A stretch of 64,000 bases of DNA from Hydrotalea sp. (lineage in GTDB: Bacteria; Pseudomonadota; Alphaproteobacteria; JASGCL01), in NCBI GenBank assembly GCA_030054115.1, contig JASGCL010000001.1, forward strand, positions 48,788 to 112,787. The letters run 5' to 3'. The notes under the pieces were generated by a model that was not told the DNA's origin, made no database searches, and saw nothing but the letters and a program-made list of their open reading frames with translations. How positions within the stretch are numbered: position 1 is the first letter of the stretch; every line of letters starts with the position of its first letter. A program made the position numbers and the translations under genes. This document shows positions 56,428-64,000 of the stretch, piece after piece.

Positions 56428-58926
56428 ATGGAAAGAAACATGGCAAACGAAAAATATGACGTAGTGGTGTTGGGCGGCGGCGCGGTGGGGGCGGCGACCC
56501 TGTGGCATTTGGCCCAGATGGGCCTGTCGGCGGTTTTGCTCGAACGGAAAAAATTAACCTCCGGCACCACGTGGCACGCCGCCGGTTTGGTTGGGCAAAT
56601 GCGCCTGACCCATGCCCTGGCGCGTATTGCCTGCTACGGGGTTGAATTTATGAAAGATTTAAGCAAAAACGCCGGCACCGATATTGGTTTCAAACAACCC
56701 GGGTCGATATCGGTCGCGCTCAATGACGAGCGTTTCCATGAATTTAAGCGGCTGAAGGACATCAGCCGTTACCATGGCGTGAAGATTGAGGTCTTGCCGC
56801 CCGAGGGGTTGAGGGAACGTTACCCCTATTTAAATATCGACGGCGTGGTCGGCGCGACCTATACCCATGGCGATGGTCAGGTCAACCCCATCGACCTGAC
56901 CCAGGCGATGGTCAAGGCGGCACGGCAAAAGGGCGCGGTGGTGAAGGAAAATTGCAAGGTAACAAAAATTATCACCGCCGGGCGGAAAGTGCTGGGGGTC
57001 GAAACCGAGGCCGGCACCATCGATTGCGATAATATTATTTTATGCGGCGGCATGTGGTCGCGCGACATTGCCAAATCGGTCGGGGTGTCCTTGCCATTGC
57101 AGGCCGCCGAGCATTTTTACATCGTCACCGAACCAATGGCCGATTGCCCACGCGACATGCCGGTCATCCGCGTGCCAGACGAATTTGCCTATTACAAGGA
57201 AGATGCTGGCAAGATATTGCTCGGCGCGTTTGAGCCCGGGGCGAAAACCTGGGGGCTGGATGGTATCCCCGAGGATTTTGAATTCGATACCTTGCCCGAG
57301 GATTTCGACCATTTCGAGCAGGTTTTTAACATGGCCCTGAACCGCTTCCCCATGCTGGAAAAGGCCGGCATCAATTTATTCTTCAACGGCCCCGAAAGTT
57401 TTACACCCGATGTGAAATTTCACATTGGTCGCGCGCCGGCTATCGATAATTTTTTTGTCGCGACTGGTTTTAATTCGACCGGTATTCAAACCGCGCCTGG
57501 CGCGGGGAAAATGATCGCCGAGTGGGTGAAGAACGGTTACCCGTCGGAGGATCTTTCGGGGAACGAACCCAGCCGTTTGCAATTTTACACCAACAGCAAA
57601 GAATTTTTGAAGGACCGCACCACCGAGACCTTGGGGTTGCTTTATGCGTTGCATTACCCTTATCGCCAATTTGAAACCGGTCGCGGCGTGCGGCGGTCGC
57701 CGTTCCACCATGCCATGTTGGCGCAGGGCGCGGTGATGAGCGAGGCCGGCGGCTGGGAACGCCCCGGGTTTTTTAAAGGCCCCGACAACAATGGCAAGCT
57801 GGTCGATGGCTACCACTATTCTTGGTTTTTGCAAAATTGGCACGACCGCGCCATGATGGAGGGTATCACCACCCGCGACCGCGTTGCCCTCTATGACCAA
57901 TGTTCGTTCCACAAATTCATGGTAATGGGCACGGGCGCGTTGCCGTTGCTAAACCATTTGTCATGCAACAACATCGATGTAAAAATTGGCAAGGTGGTTT
58001 ATACGCAATGGCTGAACGACCACGGCGGGGTGGAGGCCGACCTGACCATCACGCGGCTTGGCGAAAACCAATTCATGGTGGTTACCGGTTCGGCATCGGG
58101 CGTGCGCGATTTGACGCGCCTGCAAAAATACCAATCACAATTTTCGGGGGTCGAGGTTATTGATATTTCGGCCGGCATGGCGATGCTCGGCATCATGGGG
58201 CCGGAATCGCGAAAATTATTATCGCTGGTCACCGGCGAAAAATTAGAAAACCTTGATAACCAGCATTTCCCATTTGGCACGTCGCGCGAATTTGAAATTG
58301 GCTACGCGCCGGTGCGGGTATCGCGCCTGACCTATGTTGGTGAGCTGGGTTACGAAATTTATGTCTCGAGCGAGATGGGCGAGTATGTGATAGAAAAAAT
58401 TTTGGCGGCGGGAAAGGATGTCGGGCTTGGCATGGCGGGTTATCATTGTTTGAATAGTTGTCGGTTAGAAAAAGCCTATCGCCACTATGGTCACGACATG
58501 GCGTGGCATGATAATTTGGTGGAATCTGGTTTGGCCTTCACCGCCCGCATGAACAAAAAAGATTTCATCGGCAAGGCCGCCACCGCCACCGCGATGGAGA
58601 AAGCCGAAAAACTTGGCGCGCCGTCACGTCGATTGGTGCAATTTTATTTTAATGATGCCACGCCAAAGGCACCACTTTGTTATCACGAGGAAGCCATCGT
58701 GATGCAGGGCAAGCCCGACCAGATGGTGGGGATGGTGACATCGGGCGCGTGGGGTTACCGGCTGAATAAATCCATCGGCATGGGTTATGTTACCAATAAA
58801 GACGGCGTTAGCGATGACTGGTTGAAGCAACAAAAATTGGCCGTCGTGATTGGCGACCAAGAACATGGTATTACGGCGCAAATCGATGCCCTATACGACC
58901 CGAGCAACCAAAAAATAAAAAGCTAA
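56428..58926 (+). CDS. FAD-dependent dimethylglycine/sarcosine dehydrogenase-like protein (DAO domain + GcvT aminomethyltransferase domain)
   Basis: 832 aa. N-terminal FAD motif VVVLGGGAVGAA, then a glycine-cleavage T-protein-like C-terminal half. This is the architecture of DMGDH/SARDH-family enzymes. Confidence 0.85.
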   Translation: MERNMANEKYDVVVLGGGAVGAATLWHLAQMGLSAVLLERKKLTSGTTWHAAGLVGQMRLTHALARIACYGVEFMKDLSKNAGTDIGFKQPGSISVALNDERFHEFKRLKDISRYHGVKIEVLPPEGLRERYPYLNIDGVVGATYTHGDGQVNPIDLTQAMVKAARQKGAVVKENCKVTKIITAGRKVLGVETEAGTIDCDNIILCGGMWSRDIAKSVGVSLPLQAAEHFYIVTEPMADCPRDMPVIRVPDEFAYYKEDAGKILLGAFEPGAKTWGLDGIPEDFEFDTLPEDFDHFEQVFNMALNRFPMLEKAGINLFFNGPESFTPDVKFHIGRAPAIDNFFVATGFNSTGIQTAPGAGKMIAEWVKNGYPSEDLSGNEPSRLQFYTNSKEFLKDRTTETLGLLYALHYPYRQFETGRGVRRSPFHHAMLAQGAVMSEAGGWERPGFFKGPDNNGKLVDGYHYSWFLQNWHDRAMMEGITTRDRVALYDQCSFHKFMVMGTGALPLLNHLSCNNIDVKIGKVVYTQWLNDHGGVEADLTITRLGENQFMVVTGSASGVRDLTRLQKYQSQFSGVEVIDISAGMAMLGIMGPESRKLLSLVTGEKLENLDNQHFPFGTSREFEIGYAPVRVSRLTYVGELGYEIYVSSEMGEYVIEKILAAGKDVGLGMAGYHCLNSCRLEKAYRHYGHDMAWHDNLVESGLAFTARMNKKDFIGKAATATAMEKAEKLGAPSRRLVQFYFNDATPKAPLCYHEEAIVMQGKPDQMVGMVTSGAWGYRLNKSIGMGYVTNKDGVSDDWLKQQKLAVVIGDQEHGITAQIDALYDPSNQKIKS

Positions 58927-58957
58927 AAAAACACAGCAAGGATAAATTATCGCTATC

Positions 58958-60115
58958 GTGGCTATTTATAATATCTTAGGTTCAATGACGGGGACATCCG
59001 CCGATGGTATCGACCTTGGCATTATTACCACCGATGGTGAAAAAATTATAAAGTTCGGCGCGCAAGGTTTTTTTGCCTATGATGCAAATGTTCGCGACAA
59101 CATAAAATCATGGTTCGGGCGCGATGACATCGACCCGATTTTTTCTGAACCGGCGGCGGTTATCACCAACCTGCATCGCGTCGCCATCGACCAGTTCTTG
59201 GCCGACCATCGGTTATCACCGCAGGCTATAGACGCGATTGGTTTTCATGGCCAAACCATTTACCACGCGCCGCAAAAAAAAATGACATGTCAATTGGGTG
59301 ATGGCAAGGCCTTGGCCGAAACATTTAACACCCCGGTGGTATGGCAATTTCGCCAGCGCGATGTGATGATGGGCGGCCAGGGCGCGCCGTTGATGCCGTT
59401 GATGCACCAGGCGGTGGCGGATTTTTTTAACCTGCCCCGGCCGGTGGTTTTTTTAAATATCGGCGGGGTGGCCAATATCACGCTGGTTGCGCAAGATGAT
59501 ATTTCCGCCGGCGATCTCGGCCATGATAATTTCCAAAATAATTTATGGGCCGCCGACGTCGGCCCAGGCAACGCGCTGATTGACGATTACGCAAAAAAAT
59601 ATATGAAAAAAGAAAGGGATAAAGATGGCGCAATGGCATCGCAGGGTAAGGCCGATGAAGCCTTGGTGGCGCGCTGGATGGCAGATGGTTTTTTTAACCG
59701 TGCCATGCCAAAATCGCTCGACCGCGATTATTTTGCAAAAATGGTGTGGCGCGATATCCCCAGCAAACCAGCCAATAATGCAATCAACAACGATTTGGCG
59801 ACCTTAAGTTTTTTTACGGCGCGCGCCATTATTCATGCGGTTGATAACTTGCCCGCCGCGCCAAAAATAATATTGGTGGCCGGCGGCGGGCGGCACAACC
59901 AAACTATTATGAATTATTTACAGGCCGGCCTTAAAAAAAACACCGCGCTAAAAAGCCTCGACGCCGTAACCGATAAAATCATCGCCGACAATTTGGAGGC
60001 CTATGGTTTCGGCTTTTTGGCGGCGCGGGTATTGCGCGGCCTGCCCCTGACCCTGCGGACCACCACCGGCGTCATCGCCCCGACACCCGGCGGCGTAGTA
60101 AGCCGGCCAAAATAA
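58958..60115 (+). CDS. anmK: Anhydro-N-acetylmuramic acid kinase
   Basis: 385 aa. The N-terminus GSMTGTSADGIDLGI is the AnmK signature (MSGTS.DG.D). Confidence 0.85.
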   Translation: MAIYNILGSMTGTSADGIDLGIITTDGEKIIKFGAQGFFAYDANVRDNIKSWFGRDDIDPIFSEPAAVITNLHRVAIDQFLADHRLSPQAIDAIGFHGQTIYHAPQKKMTCQLGDGKALAETFNTPVVWQFRQRDVMMGGQGAPLMPLMHQAVADFFNLPRPVVFLNIGGVANITLVAQDDISAGDLGHDNFQNNLWAADVGPGNALIDDYAKKYMKKERDKDGAMASQGKADEALVARWMADGFFNRAMPKSLDRDYFAKMVWRDIPSKPANNAINNDLATLSFFTARAIIHAVDNLPAAPKIILVAGGGRHNQTIMNYLQAGLKKNTALKSLDAVTDKIIADNLEAYGFGFLAARVLRGLPLTLRTTTGVIAPTPGGVVSRPK

Positions 60116-60156
60116 TTTGATTGCAGGCAAGATAATAATTCTGTAGAATTCAAATA

Positions 60157-61248
60157 ATGATTGCAAACCTTAAAAACAACCAGCTGGCAATATCTACAGA
60201 AACAGATGGGGGAATCACAAAAAAAACATCTCGCGCGATAGATACAACAGCCATCGCGCCCATAGCATTATTATTGGCGATGCTCGCCATAACGCACCAG
60301 GCACAGGCTAACCAATTTGACATCACGGCCAACAGCAACCAACCCACCAAGCGCGTGGCGCAACTTGGCACACCCCTGTTGCCCGCCGATTCCACCACAA
60401 CGCCACCCGTTATCAATAATGGAAATAACGTTAATGCGGCGCAGGTCAAACCGACTTGTGTTGACCTTATAAAAAAATATAACGACATCATTCAATCAAG
60501 CGCGAAGGCTAGCGACCTGCGCCTTGCCTATTGGGGACGCGCCGGTTGTAATTATCGTTTGGGGCGTTTTCAATTCACGTTGGACGATTACAATTTTATG
60601 CTCCAAAAAAATTGGATAGGTAAAAAAGACATGGCGATGTTTTATAACAATCGCGGCAATGCCTATTTCAATCTAAAAAGTTACGGCCCAGCAATTAGCA
60701 ATTACACCCAGGCGATTGGTGAAAAACCGAATGCGGTTTATTACCTGAATCGCGGCAACGCCCACCAGGCCTCGGGCGATTATGAAAATGCGATGCAAGA
60801 TTATAACAAGGCCATCAGCATCGACCCGAACCAAGCCGACTCCTACGCCAACCGTGGCAACCTTTACCTCAACAGCGACAAAAATGACTTGGCCATGGCC
60901 GATTACAACCGCGCCCTGAACCTTGGTAATTTGCAGGGCCTGCGTCCCGCCACGGTGTATTTTTATCGCGGCCTGAGCAATGTCGCGCTCAACAAAAATG
61001 ACGATGCGATGAATGATTTCAATCGTGCCATTTCGCTCGACCAAAAAAATGCTGACAGCTATATTGAGCGCGGCAAGTTGCTTATCAAAAACAATCAAGC
61101 CCTGTTGGCGATTGATGATTTTAACAAGGCCATCAACCTTAATAAAAATTTTGCCCTGGCCTATCAATTGCGTGGCTTGGCAAAAAAATCGGTCGGGCAA
61201 AACGGCGACAATGATTTGCAAACCGCCGAGCAATTAAAAAAGCAATAG
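60157..61248 (+). CDS. Tetratricopeptide-repeat protein with N-terminal membrane anchor/signal
   Basis: 363 aa. A hydrophobic segment IAPIALLLAMLAI follows a 30-aa n-region, and at least 7 TPR-like repeats follow (A.YNNRGNAYF..., YLNRGNAHQ ...). Confidence 0.7.
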   Translation: MIANLKNNQLAISTETDGGITKKTSRAIDTTAIAPIALLLAMLAITHQAQANQFDITANSNQPTKRVAQLGTPLLPADSTTTPPVINNGNNVNAAQVKPTCVDLIKKYNDIIQSSAKASDLRLAYWGRAGCNYRLGRFQFTLDDYNFMLQKNWIGKKDMAMFYNNRGNAYFNLKSYGPAISNYTQAIGEKPNAVYYLNRGNAHQASGDYENAMQDYNKAISIDPNQADSYANRGNLYLNSDKNDLAMADYNRALNLGNLQGLRPATVYFYRGLSNVALNKNDDAMNDFNRAISLDQKNADSYIERGKLLIKNNQALLAIDDFNKAINLNKNFALAYQLRGLAKKSVGQNGDNDLQTAEQLKKQ

Positions 61249-61466
61249 AGATTCTCTCATAAAATAATGGTGGGCTTCAGGGGTCTACCCCACTGGCCTA
61301 AAATGGCATTGTCATGATGATGGCATGGTGATGGCGGCGCGCCAATATGCCACCCCCGCGCCAAAATGGCGTAAAAATTGCATTAAATTGGCAATCGAAG
61401 CCACTATTATTTACCTTGGTTGTTATTTTTTATAAAAAAATTACCGGTAGAAATGGCGGCGCAATA

Positions 61467-62816
61467 ATGAGAGAAGATGGAGGAATGTCCCCCGTGCAAG
61501 CACCAATGTTTGACCCCAATATGGTTCGCCCCAAGCCGGCGGGGCGCGACCGCGATATTGTTTTGGGTTCGGTTACCATTGTCGTTGGCCTGTTGATATT
61601 TTTTATTTGGGCGTTTTTTTCACCATTGCACGAGGGCGTGATGGCGCAGGGCACTATCGTGGTTGAGGGGCAACGAAAAGTTATCCAACATTTGGAGGGC
61701 GGCATCGTTAAAAATATATTGGTCAAGGAAGGCGACACGGTAAAAACCAACGATGTGTTGGTGGAGATGGAAGGCACGCAAAGCCGCGCCAATTTTGATA
61801 TTGTAACCGGCCGTTATGAATCTGCCCTGGCGCAGGTCACGCGCTTGACCGCAACCTACAGCAATCAACCGACATTGGTTTTCCCCAATGAATTGTTGCA
61901 GTCCGCCAAAACCAACAAGCAATTACAAAGCACCTTGACCGCGCAACAGGAAATTTTTAAGGCCTATCGCGAACAATATGCTAACCAAGTAAAAATTTAC
62001 CAAGAACGATTAGCCGGCTTAATCAGCCAACAACGCGCCAAGCAATCTTATTTGGGCGGCATCAAAAAAGAACTCATCAATTTACAATCGCTGGAGCGGG
62101 ATCGCTTGGTCGACCATGCCACGGTGATTGCACGGCAACGCGATTACGAAGAAACCAACAGCGACATCAATCGCTTGGGGTCAGACATAGCCTCTACCCA
62201 ATTGTCCTTGTCGCAAATCAAAATTGATTCGTTGGAGAAAATCTCTCGCGAATTGGCCGAGGCACAAAAAGAAATGAACGACCTAAAAGCGCAAAGGGAT
62301 AATTTGGCGGATGTTGTTAGCCGAATTGAGATTCGCTCGCCGGTCGACGGAAAAATTCTTCGCCTCGCCATCACTGGTGCTGGCCAGGTTGTCCCCCCGG
62401 GTGGCGCGCTGATGGAAATTGTGCCGATTGATGACAAATTGGTTATCCACGCCATGGTGAATGCGACCGACCGACCCGGGTTGGTCGAAGGGCAAAAGGT
62501 GCGGGTTAGTTTTCCATCGTTAAAATCGCGCGTCTTGCCAACAATTTATGGCACGCTCAATCTGATTTCGGCCGACGTAATTCAAAACCCCAACGCCGCC
62601 CCAACCACCAGCATCCAAGCCAACAAGGTCAACCCCAGTAGTTTTTACAGCGCGACCATCAGCGTCACCCCCGAGGAATTAAAAAAATTGGACGATAACA
62701 AACTTGACCCAGGCATGCCGGTCACCGTGATGATTGAGGGTAAAAAAAGAACACCGATGGCCTATTTTCTGAAGCCATTTAGCGGCCTGTGGGATGAAGC
62801 ATTCATCGAAAAATAA
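61467..62816 (+). CDS. HlyD-family type I secretion periplasmic adaptor subunit
   Basis: Single N-terminal TM (IVLGSVTIVVGLLIFFIW), long coiled-coil middle, and a C-terminal beta domain. Start taken at the internal MREDGG. The ORF track extends to 61347. Confidence 0.85.
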   Translation: MREDGGMSPVQAPMFDPNMVRPKPAGRDRDIVLGSVTIVVGLLIFFIWAFFSPLHEGVMAQGTIVVEGQRKVIQHLEGGIVKNILVKEGDTVKTNDVLVEMEGTQSRANFDIVTGRYESALAQVTRLTATYSNQPTLVFPNELLQSAKTNKQLQSTLTAQQEIFKAYREQYANQVKIYQERLAGLISQQRAKQSYLGGIKKELINLQSLERDRLVDHATVIARQRDYEETNSDINRLGSDIASTQLSLSQIKIDSLEKISRELAEAQKEMNDLKAQRDNLADVVSRIEIRSPVDGKILRLAITGAGQVVPPGGALMEIVPIDDKLVIHAMVNATDRPGLVEGQKVRVSFPSLKSRVLPTIYGTLNLISADVIQNPNAAPTTSIQANKVNPSSFYSATISVTPEELKKLDDNKLDPGMPVTVMIEGKKRTPMAYFLKPFSGLWDEAFIEK

Positions 62817-62832
62817 AATCAAAAATAAAATC

Positions 62833-64000
62833 ATGAGACAACCTTCACACCGCCCATTCGGCTATTCGCAAAAAGCCATCTGGCATTTTTTTATCTTAAC
62901 GGCGATTGCCCTGGCACCGCAGGATTTGCGGGCGCAGGATTCATCGGGCCAAGCCCAGACAGCCACTCCAGCCACAACGGCAACCTATGATTTTGTCACG
63001 GCCTTGAGGGATGCCCTGGCCAACGACCCACGGCTGGCTGCCGCCAACGAAGCATTAACCGCGCAAGCCGCCAGCGCGCAGATAACAAAAATGTCGGCCC
63101 TGCCGCAACTTACCACCAGCGGTTATATCGGCAACTATACCCAAAAAAAATTCCAACAGATTCCGAATTATTATACTCTGAGTGGCCCATTTGGCAACCA
63201 ACGGATTCAAGTTGGCTCGACCGCCGGCACGGTAACCATTAGCGGCACCCTGAGCGAGGCCAACCTGACCGCCAGTCAAAATTTATTAACCTTTGGCCGG
63301 CAACAGGCCAACGAAGGAATCAGCGACAGCCAATATCGCCTGGCGCAATGGCAACAGAAAAAAATCGCCTATCAAATCACCACCGACGTCGCCAACAATT
63401 ATATTGGTTGCGCCACCGCCGGGGAAATCGCCAAAACCAAACAATTTTACCGCTCCAGTTTGCAATCGATATACAACAATGTGAAAAGAAAATATGACGT
63501 CAATGCCGCAACCAACACCGACCTTAACCTGGCGGCCATCAATTACCGCAACGCCGCAAATGATTTGTTATTGCAACAGCAACAGGTTGCAACATCCTGC
63601 CAAAAATTATTACGCCTCACGGCGCAGGACATGGATTACAAGCAATTGTTACCCCGCCTGTCGCTGGCCGACCTTGACCAATATGATAAATTAATTCCAA
63701 ATAATTTTGACGATATCAAAAATACCACCCTGGCCAATAACCCCGACCTGGGGACGGCGGTTGAAAGCCTGACCCTGCGGCAAAAGCAAAAGGAGCAGGC
63801 GGTCGCCAATTTAATGCCGATAGCCAGTTGGAGTGCCAAGGTCGAACAGCTGACCGTGCCCGGCTCGGTCAGCCGCAACGGCGTCACCCCCAGCGCGACC
63901 ATCAACAACCAATCGGCGACCATCACCCTCAATTACCAACAAAACATCATGCAAAGTATTTTTCAATTGTCGGCCAGCAATCATAAGGCCACGGCGCAAT
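62833..64000 (+). CDS. TolC-family outer-membrane efflux protein (3' partial, runs off window)
   Basis: Open frame from the ATG at 62833 to the window end with no stop (my translation). The N-terminus DFVTALRDALANDPRLAAANEAL matches the TolC N-terminal helix pattern. Follows HlyD by 16 nt. Confidence 0.7.
   Translation, partial: MRQPSHRPFGYSQKAIWHFFILTAIALAPQDLRAQDSSGQAQTATPATTATYDFVTALRDALANDPRLAAANEALTAQAASAQITKMSALPQLTTSGYIGNYTQKKFQQIPNYYTLSGPFGNQRIQVGSTAGTVTISGTLSEANLTASQNLLTFGRQQANEGISDSQYRLAQWQQKKIAYQITTDVANNYIGCATAGEIAKTKQFYRSSLQSIYNNVKRKYDVNAATNTDLNLAAINYRNAANDLLLQQQQVATSCQKLLRLTAQDMDYKQLLPRLSLADLDQYDKLIPNNFDDIKNTTLANNPDLGTAVESLTLRQKQKEQAVANLMPIASWSAKVEQLTVPGSVSRNGVTPSATINNQSATITLNYQQNIMQSIFQLSASNHKATAQ

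Noticed and set aside
1-64000. Search for tRNA, rRNA and CRISPR arrays
   Set aside because: No GTTCGA-type T-loop or cloverleaf candidates, no rRNA-like conserved blocks, and no regularly spaced direct repeats were seen by eye. None are reported.

Overview
This 64 kb window looks like a chromosomal segment of an alphaproteobacterium. The taxonomic call is an inference from gene content: class I lysyl-tRNA synthetase, PntA split into AA and AB genes, sdhCDAB order, gatCAB, and a Rel/SpoT next to acpS. Most of the window is densely packed housekeeping genes: rpmH-rnpA-yidC-engB, alaS, a MATE and an MFS efflux pump, mazG-like plus spoT, acpS, a PduO-type adenosyltransferase, icd, a type II asparaginase, pntAA-pntAB-pntB, aroC, sdhCDAB, a class III aminotransferase plus a glutamine-synthetase-like gene, lysK, gatCAB, secA, a dimethylglycine-dehydrogenase-like gene and anmK. 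Coding sequences carry many A7-A10 homopolymer tracts. At least five short islets are visibly AT-rich and Lys/Asn/Ile-rich; I did not compute GC. They look horizontally acquired and hold the most interesting content. (1) 16.1-17.1 kb: a Panacea (DUF4065)-like antitoxin overlapping a RelE/ParE-like toxin. (2) 23.8-25.6 kb: a three-gene cassette (TIGR04255-like ORF plus two orphan ORFs) sitting where mlaD would be expected after mlaEF. This is my top candidate for an undescribed defence or toxin system. (3) 30.1-31.4 kb: a 41-aa peptide, a 212-aa multi-TM protein and a 56-aa protein, closed by a perfect bidirectional terminator. (4) 38.0-39.9 kb: a DUF262+DUF1524 (GmrSD/BrxU-like) nuclease with its own promoter. 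(5) 46.4-47.7 kb: a DUF805-like membrane protein plus an outer-membrane beta-barrel protein. Other notable features are an in-frame 30-bp tandem repeat inside alaS, an orphan cysN-like GTPase flanked by two near-duplicate OpuAC-type binding proteins, tandem paralogous secreted beta-barrel-like proteins, and a type I secretion system split across the window. The T1SS ABC transporter at 35.4-38.0 kb has long low-complexity extensions at both ends, and its HlyD/TolC partners sit at 61.5-64.0 kb. No tRNA, rRNA or CRISPR arrays were found.
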